16,570 nt of DNA. Origin: Deltaproteobacteria bacterium. Its GTDB lineage: Bacteria; Myxococcota_A; UBA9160; SMWR01. How positions within the stretch are numbered: the first letter of the stretch is position 1; each line of letters opens with the position of its first letter. The stretch lies in the NCBI GenBank assembly GCA_032128375.1, contig JAQBGU010000223.1, forward strand, positions 1 through 16,570. The letters run 5' to 3'. Position numbers and translations under genes: made by a program. Below, piece after piece: positions 1 to 7,618 of the stretch. The notes beneath the pieces were generated by a model that was not told the origin of the DNA, ran no database searches, and saw only the letters and a list, made by a program, of their open reading frames with translations.

Positions 1-37
1 CAAACCGTACCTCTGGCTGGAGAACGTCGAGTCCTGA
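1..37 (+). CDS. 3' end of an upstream CDS (partial, ...KPYLWLENVES*), product unknown
   Basis: Frame starting at base 2 reads aaa ccg tac ctc tgg ctg gag aac gtc gag tcc tga; 10 of 11 sense codons end in G/C, as expected for a coding frame in this GC-rich DNA. Too short to assign. Confidence 0.5.
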   Translation, partial: KPYLWLENVES

Positions 38-400
38 TTGTGGCCGGCAAACACGGCTGAGACCCGTAACGGCAAACCTAGCAAGTACGGATCGCTGACC
101 CGGGCCTCGACCGAGGAAACCAGGCCAGGGTTCCGAATGAGGCGTAGGCGGATTTGCCTGCCTCCGCCAAACAGATTATGAAGCTCAAGCAATCCGCTGC
201 CAACAAACGAACCATCGCGGCCTGTACCGCCGGGCAGATAGCCGAGTAGCAAATCGAATGTACCCGGCGGGCCTTCCGTAACCGGGATGCGCACAACGGC
301 CCCGCTGTCGGTGAGGGCGATCGTTGGTGTACCCACGGTCTCAAAAAGCGCCGTCGGCCCGACCGGGCCGGTAAGTCAGGTCCGCTATGGTCCCGCGCTG

Positions 401-802
401 ATGATGTGTCGACCCGCTCGAGCCCGCGTGCTCTACATCGCTGTGCTGATGGGGTGTTGCGTCGTAGCGTGCAGCAACCCGGGCATGGTGCCCCAGCATG
501 AAGAAAACCTGCCGCGAAATTGGCACGGGCAGCACATCGATCGATTGATCCGAAACTGGGGCCCCCCGTCCACAGAGTCCAAGTTGCCCGACGGCGGTAC
601 GACGTACATGTTCGAGCACGCGACCTACCTGGAGGGCGAAGAGATGTACTGCTTTGCGATCTTCGTCACGAATACCGACGGAATCATTCGGTCGTCGAGC
701 GTGGGTGGAAGTGTTCCCGGTTGCAACTGGATCCTTGCGACAGGCAAGCGCTCACCGCGCAAGGGCGTCAGCCGAGACCGGCACCCCGCGCCACCTCGCT
801 GA
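401..802 (+). CDS. Hypothetical lipoprotein (~133 aa), possibly SmpA/BamE-like small alpha/beta domain
   Basis: Start placed at ATG 401 inside ORF 287..802. Basic N-terminus, hydrophobic stretch and lipobox-like VVAC. Mature part has W-x-G-x4-L-x3-WGPP followed by beta-strand-like segments and two Cys (YCF, GCN). Confidence 0.65.
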   Translation: MMCRPARARVLYIAVLMGCCVVACSNPGMVPQHEENLPRNWHGQHIDRLIRNWGPPSTESKLPDGGTTYMFEHATYLEGEEMYCFAIFVTNTDGIIRSSSVGGSVPGCNWILATGKRSPRKGVSRDRHPAPPR

Positions 803-808
803 TCCGCG

Positions 809-2026
809 CTACAGCCGGTAGCGTCGCAGCGATGGAACCCCCGCCCAGATCGTTGCGAGCACGCCGAGGCATGCCGCACCGCCGGCGACCACGGAAAATG
901 TGGCACTCGTGAGCGCCGCGAGGAATCCCGATTCGGCGGCCCCCAATTCGTTGGATGCTCCGATGAAGATCATGTTGACGGAGTTGACCCGCCCGCGGAG
1001 GGCATCGGGCGTCGAGAGCTGAAGAATCACCGATCGCGTAACCATGCTGATCTGATCGGCCATGCCGGCCACCAGAAAGGCCAGTACCGAAACGGGAAAC
1101 GAGCGAGATAGCCCGAACACGATAGTGGCGACACCGAAAAACAAGACAGAAAAAAGCAGTGCGCGTCCAGGCCGTCGGATCGGGGGTGCGATCAACAGCA
1201 ACGCGGCCATCAGCAGCGTACCGATCTGCATCGATGCGCTCAGGATCCCGTAGCCCCACTCACCGACGTTGAGGATCTCGTCGGCGTAGACTGGCAGCAA
1301 CGCCGTCGCTCCGGCAAATATCACTGCGAACATGTCGAGCGTGATCGAGCTCAGGATCGCAGCGTGTCCGCGCACGAACGCGATCCCTTCGCGGATCGAT
1401 TCCCAGTCGACCTTGGCTCGTTGTCCCTCGATGCGTGGGCAATCGACGCGAATGAGCGCAGCGATCGAGACGGCGAACAGGCCGACGGTCAGCCCGTAGG
1501 CGGCAGGGATCCCAGCCAGCTTCGTAGCAGCAGCCATCAACACGGGGCCAGACACCGCAGCCAGATTTCGCGCGTTCGAGCTGACCACAGTCGCCGCCTG
1601 GAAGAGCTCGCGCGGCACCATCGCCGGCAGCATCGCTGAGCCGGCGGGGCTCTCGAACGCCGTCGTCGTTGCGAGTGCAAAGGCGCTCACCAATATCAAC
1701 GGGATCTCGGCCGCTGCGTTCGCGGTTCCGAACCACAGCGCGCATGCGGCCAGCATCGCAACTGCCTGGGAGATGATGATGATGCGCTTGCGGTCCCAGC
1801 TGTCGGCGAGTGCGCCTGCGATCAGCGACGCGGGAATGACCGGCGCAAATTCGACCGCTCCGAGCCACCCGAGGAATGCATAGGAGCCCGACGCCTTCCA
1901 AAGATGCCACGCCAGTGTCGCATGCAGTAGCGAACGCGCGAGCGTGGCGAAGAAGCGTTGGGTGACGAAGCGTCGCACGTTCGGTATTGCGAGAACCTGG
2001 AGAGTCGCGTGGCGTTCGTTTGGCAT
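809..2026 (-). CDS. MFS transporter (EntS/MefA-like, MFS_3 type)
   Basis: 405 aa with ~12 hydrophobic segments. MFS motif A-like GALADSWDRKRII, plus LDMFAVIFAGATALLPVYA and TPDALRGRVNSV typical of this subfamily. Confidence 0.92.
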   Translation of the reverse strand: MPNERHATLQVLAIPNVRRFVTQRFFATLARSLLHATLAWHLWKASGSYAFLGWLGAVEFAPVIPASLIAGALADSWDRKRIIIISQAVAMLAACALWFGTANAAAEIPLILVSAFALATTTAFESPAGSAMLPAMVPRELFQAATVVSSNARNLAAVSGPVLMAAATKLAGIPAAYGLTVGLFAVSIAALIRVDCPRIEGQRAKVDWESIREGIAFVRGHAAILSSITLDMFAVIFAGATALLPVYADEILNVGEWGYGILSASMQIGTLLMAALLLIAPPIRRPGRALLFSVLFFGVATIVFGLSRSFPVSVLAFLVAGMADQISMVTRSVILQLSTPDALRGRVNSVNMIFIGASNELGAAESGFLAALTSATFSVVAGGAACLGVLATIWAGVPSLRRYRL

Positions 2027-2209
2027 GGGTTCGGCAGCTTGCCAGTGTGCGGTGGCTCACGCCAGCGGCAGGTTCGAAACGTGCGTTTTCCGCCGTGGGT
2101 TGGACTATCGTCGGGCGTGGATTGGGCCAGCGCTCACCTACAGATGAATGACTCTTTCATGAAGATTCTTTTCTGAAGACTCGGATGAAGAGAAGGGCAT
2201 GGAACAGGA

Positions 2210-3712
2210 ATGACAGCTCGCCGGGTCTGGATCGTCCAGCTGTTCGTGGTCGTGCTGGTCGCCGCCACTGCGTGGGGGGTCACGCACCGGAATCTGCCCT
2301 GGACGTTCCTGTCGGGAGATGAGGCCGAATACGCCGAGATCGCACGCCGGCTCGCCGATGGGCGGGGTTTCACCACCGGGATCATTTATCCCATGGAGAT
2401 CGAATGGGGTGTGCACGCACGGCACCCGTCGCTCTACCGAGCCCCCATGTGGCCGCTGACGCTCGCAGCGGTGTTCCGATGGACGGGGCCCGAAGCAGCC
2501 GCCGCGATCGCGGCGGCCGCAGGGTGCCACATGATTACGTCCGGTCTCGTGTATGGCTTAGGGCTCGGGCTCGCTGGACCGTGGGCCGGATTGGCGGCAG
2601 GGTTGGCAGCCGCGACCTCACCCGACGTGCTCTTGTACGCGCAACTGGGCGCGTCCGAAACTTTGTTCGGGTTGTTTGTCGCGCTGTTTTTCGTTCTGGT
2701 GGCACGTCGAGTCGACGCGTTCTGGATAGGCTTGACATGTGGACTCGCCTATCTCACCCGTTACAACGGCGGATTGTTGTTGGTTGTGGCTGGCATGCTC
2801 ATCGCGCTGCGCCACGGCACGCGACAGCTGAAGCTGTCTTTTGGGCCGATACTCCGGCTCGGTTTGGGTTTTGCACTGTTGGCTGGCCCCTGGTGGCTGC
2901 GAAACTTCATCGTGACCGGCAATCCCATTTACACGCTATATGAGATCACGTTGCACTTCAGCCCCATGATGCTTCCCGTCAACGGCAGCCTGATCTACAT
3001 GATCGAGCCCGACCTGACCTCGCCGGCCGCGATGGACCCGTTCGACAAGATGCGGCTACTGCTTCCGACTGCGTTCGCGCACTGGCCGCTTTGGACCGGC
3101 AACGCGGTCGCGTGCGCCGGCTGGTTGCTCGCGTGCATCCGTCGGGAGCGACTCAGTTTGTCCCTACTAGGTGTCACCCTGGTGACCACCGTCGTGATCT
3201 CGACGATGGCTCTGCGCGGTCGCTATTTGATTCCGTTTATCCCGGTCATGATCGGGCTTGGGAGTGCCGCCTGGATTCGATACGGCGGTCAGCTGCGGTA
3301 TCCGGCGTTGGCGATGATGCTACTGATGCCACTCGTGTCGCCTATTCCGGAAGCGCTCTTCGACACCCGCTTGGCGCACCAACATCTCGACCAGGTTCGC
3401 GAGCGGACTGGGGGCGGTGAATCCGTCTTGGACAACATGGCGTCGGACTTCGCGCGCTGCTTGGGGAACCAGCCGCTGGTCATCGCGCATAACGCCCCCG
3501 CGGTGAACTGGGCGAGCAACACAGTCACGCTGCATATGACGCGCACAGACGAAGACTTCTGGAGGTTGGTCGGCGACTATCCGGTCGAGTATGTGCGGCT
3601 GCGGCCAAAGCACCATCTGCGGGAGAACTCCCGGTTTCTCAAACATTTCTCGAGCGCGCCGGAATGCGGTGACGGGGTGTATCGGCGGTCGGCCAAGGGC
3701 GAGTCCAACTGA
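2210..3712 (+). CDS. GT-C fold membrane glycosyltransferase (ArnT/GT39/PMT_2-like)
   Basis: 500 aa polytopic membrane protein. First-loop acidic motif GDEAEYAEIARRL, then YRAPMWP, SETLF, LTRYNG, WWLRNFIVTGNP and RYLIP, with a soluble C-terminal domain. Purine-rich sequence precedes ATG 2210. Confidence 0.85.
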   Translation: MTARRVWIVQLFVVVLVAATAWGVTHRNLPWTFLSGDEAEYAEIARRLADGRGFTTGIIYPMEIEWGVHARHPSLYRAPMWPLTLAAVFRWTGPEAAAAIAAAAGCHMITSGLVYGLGLGLAGPWAGLAAGLAAATSPDVLLYAQLGASETLFGLFVALFFVLVARRVDAFWIGLTCGLAYLTRYNGGLLLVVAGMLIALRHGTRQLKLSFGPILRLGLGFALLAGPWWLRNFIVTGNPIYTLYEITLHFSPMMLPVNGSLIYMIEPDLTSPAAMDPFDKMRLLLPTAFAHWPLWTGNAVACAGWLLACIRRERLSLSLLGVTLVTTVVISTMALRGRYLIPFIPVMIGLGSAAWIRYGGQLRYPALAMMLLMPLVSPIPEALFDTRLAHQHLDQVRERTGGGESVLDNMASDFARCLGNQPLVIAHNAPAVNWASNTVTLHMTRTDEDFWRLVGDYPVEYVRLRPKHHLRENSRFLKHFSSAPECGDGVYRRSAKGESN

Positions 3713-3732
3713 GCCGTAGGGACGCGCGCGAC

Positions 3733-4572
3733 TCAATCCGCGGCTTCGGGTTCGAAAGGGGGTATTTCCGCTGGAACGCCTTGCATGATTCTGTGGATCT
3801 GGTCGCGATACAGCGCAAGGTCCGCGATGTAGGTCTGGTTTCCATACACCGCCGTTTTGGCGGGTTGGCCGGGGTATGAACTCACGGCGAGCAGGATTCC
3901 GGCCAATTCCCAGCGGCTGGCGCCTCGCACGAACGCGCCGCCACCTGAATCGCCGCGAGCCGCAATCGCTTCGTGTTTGGTGCCGGCGATCGAGAACCGA
4001 GCCGCAAAGGTTTTTGTGCTGCTCAACGGGCCGAAGGCAAGCCGCAATGAGACCTCGCCGGTGCCCCACCGCATGGGGGCACGAGCGCCCCAGCGAAATC
4101 CAGAAAAGCTCCCGAACCGGAACGCATTACCGCGGCCGAGACCCCTTCCAATCATGACCATTGCCATCCCATCTGCTGGCGTCGATTCAGAGATCCACGC
4201 ATCTGGAATGGACGGCTTCCGATCGATCCGAAACAGTACGAGGTCTGTATTCGTTCCGTCGTCGTTGGTCACGATGACCGCCGAATCCGGCAGCATCGCG
4301 TATGGCTCGCCGTCGATCTTCACGTGGCCAGCCCCGACATGAAGCGCTGTGACGACCCAGCGGTCGCGCAAGTACACTGCGCTGCGGCTTCCACGGTCTG
4401 CGACGTTTCGCCAGCCGGGGTCGTCGGGCGGCGCATCGGTGTTTCCAGTGCCGTCTCCACTATCGATGATGACGGCGCGTGCCGGCACCCCGGCCAAAAC
4501 GATCGTGACCCATATGCACCACGCAGCAGCGGAGGCGATCGCAACAGCAAGCGTGCGAGTGATTGGGTCCAC
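3733..4572 (-). CDS. Secreted trypsin-like (S1) serine protease
   Basis: Complete triad motifs: WVVTALHVG (His), TDLVLFRI (Asp), GDSGG (Ser). Start placed at GTG 4572, which gives a signal peptide ending ARA|VIIDSG. The ORF-track start at 4704 lies inside a likely promoter. Confidence 0.82.
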   Translation of the reverse strand: MDPITRTLAVAIASAAAWCIWVTIVLAGVPARAVIIDSGDGTGNTDAPPDDPGWRNVADRGSRSAVYLRDRWVVTALHVGAGHVKIDGEPYAMLPDSAVIVTNDDGTNTDLVLFRIDRKPSIPDAWISESTPADGMAMVMIGRGLGRGNAFRFGSFSGFRWGARAPMRWGTGEVSLRLAFGPLSSTKTFAARFSIAGTKHEAIAARGDSGGGAFVRGASRWELAGILLAVSSYPGQPAKTAVYGNQTYIADLALYRDQIHRIMQGVPAEIPPFEPEAAD

Positions 4573-4693
4573 TCCCGCGCTCGCTTCGCTCTGCAGCGAG
4601 GTCAGCCGCGCCCGAACCCGACTAAGAGACGCGGCGTACCACTGGCGATCTCGTTGGGAAAGCGGACGTAGGGCCGGGCGTAGCGCATAGCCT

Positions 4694-4723
4694 GTTATGC
4701 CCAATCGAAGCGTGTCTTGTCAA
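4694..4723 (-). promoter_or_regulatory. Candidate sigma70 promoter for the protease gene
   Basis: Minus strand reads TTGACA (4723-4718), 18-nt spacer, CATAAC (4699-4694). Perfect -35 and 4/6 -10. Confidence 0.45.
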
Positions 4724-4752
4724 CGCCTGCGAGGACGCAGCGGCTCGAGGGC

Positions 4753-5199
4753 CTAATTCCGACCCCAGCCGCCCGCGGGTTCGTACCGCGATGCGAGAAT
4801 CGATGATTCGCGTTCGGCACTGCCGAGCATCCCGATCGACGAGCGTGGCTCGGGGCGCGATATAGCGAGCGGTCCCACTGTCACCATGAATAGCATCACC
4901 GCCATCGACAGTGTCGCCGCCGCCGCGCGAAATGCCATGCCGTTCGCTGGGTCCGAGAGGAGTGTCGGCGATAGGCCAGCAGCGCTGCGCAACCTCATCT
5001 CCGCCGCGAAGGACCACTGATCCGGGATGAGAGAGGTCGGCATCCGGCGAAGCAACGATTCTGCGGCCTGGATTTCTCGAAAGCGATGGCGGCACTTCAC
5101 GCAGCGACCGAGATGGATGCGAATGTGGTTCGCCTCATCGGTAGTGAGTTCATCATCGAGATAGGCTGATAGCTGTCTTTTGACGTGACAATGCATCAT
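4753..5199 (-). CDS. Zinc-binding anti-sigma factor (ZAS/zf-HC2) with one TM helix
   Basis: MMHCHVKRQLSAYLDDEL...HLGRCVKC gives the LSAYLDxEL and HxxxCxxC signature. TM segment AAAATLSMAVMLFMVTVGPLAIS and a short C-tail. ATG 5199 overlaps the sigma stop codon (ATGA). Confidence 0.9.
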   Translation of the reverse strand: MMHCHVKRQLSAYLDDELTTDEANHIRIHLGRCVKCRHRFREIQAAESLLRRMPTSLIPDQWSFAAEMRLRSAAGLSPTLLSDPANGMAFRAAAATLSMAVMLFMVTVGPLAISRPEPRSSIGMLGSAERESSILASRYEPAGGWGRN

Positions 5200-5807
5200 T
5201 GGGATGTCCTCCCGAGGTCGTGAAGCATCGGAGCCAGGTGCTTCCTCAGTTCTTCGCGTCCCCTTCTCAATTGGGTTCGAACGGTTGCGACCGGGATCCC
5301 CTCTCGCTGTGCGATTTCGCCGTTCGACAGGTTCCGCACGATCCGCAGTGTCAGCACTTGTCTGTATTTGGGTGCCACTTTCAGCAGCGCCCGCGCTACG
5401 GATTCCATCATTTCGGCGCCCATCAGCTGGGCCTCCGAGTCGACGGCAGGCCCGGGGCCTGTCTCGATCAGGTGATCGAGGTTTTCTGTTTCGAGCGCCA
5501 GGCGTCGCTTGCGTGTGCGCAACACGGACAGCGAGCCGTTGACCGCTGAACGATACAGGTAGGTCCAAAGGCTGGCGGTCCCTTTTCCGGTAACGCGTCC
5601 AACCGCGACAAACACTCGCTGTACGACGTCTTCTGCGTCGGCATGGTTCCTCACGATACGGTATGAGACCGCTTCGAGTTTCGAGCGATAGCGGGTGTGC
5701 GCGAGCCCCAGAGCGTTGGAATCGCCCCGAATCCACAGGCGAGTGATTTCGAGATCTGCGGTAGCCGCGGTCGCGTTTTCCGACGTAGAAGACTCCACCA
5801 GGCGCAC
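5196..5807 (-). CDS. ECF (sigma-70 group 4) RNA polymerase sigma factor
   Basis: Region 2 DAEDVVQRVF and SLWTYLYRSAVN; region 4.2 LSNGEIAQREGIPVATVRTQLRRGR. Start uncertain (GTG 5828, 5807 or 5798). 5828 is disfavoured because it lies only 2 nt after a TATAAT. Confidence 0.92.
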   Translation of the reverse strand: MRLVESSTSENATAATADLEITRLWIRGDSNALGLAHTRYRSKLEAVSYRIVRNHADAEDVVQRVFVAVGRVTGKGTASLWTYLYRSAVNGSLSVLRTRKRRLALETENLDHLIETGPGPAVDSEAQLMGAEMMESVARALLKVAPKYRQVLTLRIVRNLSNGEIAQREGIPVATVRTQLRRGREELRKHLAPMLHDLGRTSQ

Positions 5808-5830
5808 CCCTTTTTGTGTCCCCTCCACGG

Positions 5831-5849
5831 ATTATACGCGTCGCGACGC
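5831..5849 (-). promoter_or_regulatory. Candidate -10 element (TATAAT) with adjacent 12-bp palindrome upstream of the ECF gene
   Basis: Minus-strand TATAAT at 5836-5831 and perfect palindrome GCGTCGCGACGC at 5838-5849. No good -35 at 17 nt. Confidence 0.4.
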
Positions 5850-5941
5850 AAGACTGATTCGCGGTCCGCAAGATCGAAGATTGGTGTGATCGAACCGCGG
5901 CTTGGGGTAAGCCGGCGCGACGCGAACCCGTCACTTTCGCG

Positions 5942-7432
5942 CTATTGGGCGGCTAGCTCGCTGGCCGGAACGCGACGCAGCCGTGCCCCGTCGATCGCAA
6001 GTACCGGGCAATACGCGCTCACCAGCTCCGTTCGCCACCAGCCGGGGTCCGAAAGGGGCGCAAACTCGTATCTGAGGAGTGTCGAGCGGATGTAGCGGGG
6101 CGGCGGCCCACCCGCGAAGGGGTCGTCATCCAGCAGCGCGGATACCGAGCCCGAGCCAAGCAGCAGTCGGGCCTGGAAACGCAGAAACCACGGGTTGGAC
6201 CGGCATTGGCCGAGTGCGGCGAACCACATTTGCCAGTCCAATCTCGGCATGTGCGGCTGGGCGAAGCCCGGCGACCGGTCGGGCGGCCCAGGTTTCCAGC
6301 GAAACCGATAGGGCCTCCAGGTGTTGCCGTCGCGGCTGCCTTCGAGCTCGATTTCGCTTCGGTCAGTCGTCATCACCGCGAACAGCCCATAGCCGTTTGC
6401 AGACCGAAGCGAGGCGGTTCCGGATGTCACGGCCCGGATCGGTGCGGGCCAATTCAGGCGTGGTCCGATGCGATCGAGCATCCGGAGCGTGCCGATCCCG
6501 GCGTGCACCGCGAGAAGCACACACACGAGCGCATGACCGATGCGGCGCAGAACGCTGGCCGGGCGATGCGTTGGGACGACGGTGCCGGCTCCCATGCGCA
6601 GCGTCCTTCGAATGAAGGTGTCGTCGAGTAGCGCAACACACAACACGAGGGTCAGCAAGTTGAAAAATCCGTAGTTCCCAGTCACTGCTATCGAAACCAT
6701 CAACGCAGCGATTGCGCCGGCTGCGATCAATCGCGATCGGCCCGGAATGAAGATCAACAGCGGCACAACACATTCGATCGCGAGCGTCGCGAGCGAAGAC
6801 GCTGCGTGGACCGCTGCCGGCAGGTGATGCGCGTAGTAGCTCGTCAGTCCCGGGAGGGGCTGTGTCCAGTAGTGAAATTCGAGCGCGGTGAGGTTGCGCC
6901 AGGTCGGGTCGCCACTGGTGAGCTTCGCTGCACCCGAGGCGAAGACAAGCCTGAACAGCAACCAGCGCAGCGCCCACAGCCCCGCCGGGTGGGGCGATCG
7001 CCGCAACCCGGTGCTCGTCACAGGTGCGAACACGCAAGCGAGCAGGCCGGTCTCGAGCAGCAGTGTATCCCACTGGTAGGCGAGAAAGGTGTCTCCGACC
7101 GAGACGAACGACAAGTACAGCATCCACAACAACGCCAGCGGAAGGGCGGGCGCGATTCCGAGGATGACAAGCCAGGATACCGCGAGGCCCAGTCCGCACG
7201 CGATGTGCAAGGCCGCGTCACTTGCGTTGAGCCAGAACACGGTCGGAACCCGCCAGTATGCGTCGAAACCCAATTGGGCTGCGGTATTGGACAGAAACCC
7301 GCTGGCTGGCGCTATGCCGCCGCTACCGATCAAGCCGGCGAGCTGGATCCACAGCGATGAAAACGCGATTGCGTAGACGATCCCGAGCCCAACGAGAAAG
7401 ACACGACGAGACAGAATCCAGGTCGGCTGCAC
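5942..7432 (-). CDS. Lipase maturation factor (LMF1) family membrane protein
   Basis: Family motifs GLIGSGGIAP, FLAYQWDTLLLETG, FHYWTQPLP, TGNYGFFNLLT, YGLFAVMT, HMPRLDWQMWFAAL. Start placed at GTG 7432; the ORF extension to 7666 overlaps the divergent ogt start and looks non-coding. Confidence 0.92.
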   Translation of the reverse strand: MQPTWILSRRVFLVGLGIVYAIAFSSLWIQLAGLIGSGGIAPASGFLSNTAAQLGFDAYWRVPTVFWLNASDAALHIACGLGLAVSWLVILGIAPALPLALLWMLYLSFVSVGDTFLAYQWDTLLLETGLLACVFAPVTSTGLRRSPHPAGLWALRWLLFRLVFASGAAKLTSGDPTWRNLTALEFHYWTQPLPGLTSYYAHHLPAAVHAASSLATLAIECVVPLLIFIPGRSRLIAAGAIAALMVSIAVTGNYGFFNLLTLVLCVALLDDTFIRRTLRMGAGTVVPTHRPASVLRRIGHALVCVLLAVHAGIGTLRMLDRIGPRLNWPAPIRAVTSGTASLRSANGYGLFAVMTTDRSEIELEGSRDGNTWRPYRFRWKPGPPDRSPGFAQPHMPRLDWQMWFAALGQCRSNPWFLRFQARLLLGSGSVSALLDDDPFAGGPPPRYIRSTLLRYEFAPLSDPGWWRTELVSAYCPVLAIDGARLRRVPASELAAQ

Positions 7433-7618
7433 TTCGCGGGATGGGTCACTCAAGAGTCGAATCCGTTGGTTGCCGGGTTGAGTCCAGGAAGGTGATTCTG
7501 GCACCGGTACCGGTATCGGTACTACGTCCGAAAACCGCCAACGCGATTTCAACAGATCGCTATACAGCAATCCAGTCGCGGTTGATGGCGACGCCGAAGC
7601 AGATGGAAGGAGATCGTA

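Noticed and set aside
35..181. Selenocysteine read-through of TGA 35-37 (frame stays open and a hairpin follows)
   Set aside because: The hairpin loop begins only ~9 nt after TGA, too close for a typical bacterial SECIS. The downstream peptide is not protein-like and has no redox motif.
4753..5934. 393-aa ORF as a single long anti-sigma protein
   Set aside because: The first 245 codons are an alternative frame over the sigma gene. The ZAS protein starts at ATG 5199 with an ATGA overlap.
7504..7515. Palindrome ACCGGTACCGGT in the LMF/ogt divergent region as an Ada or LexA box
   Set aside because: It matches no operator consensus I can name and is explained by a local (A/T)CCGGT-like microrepeat.
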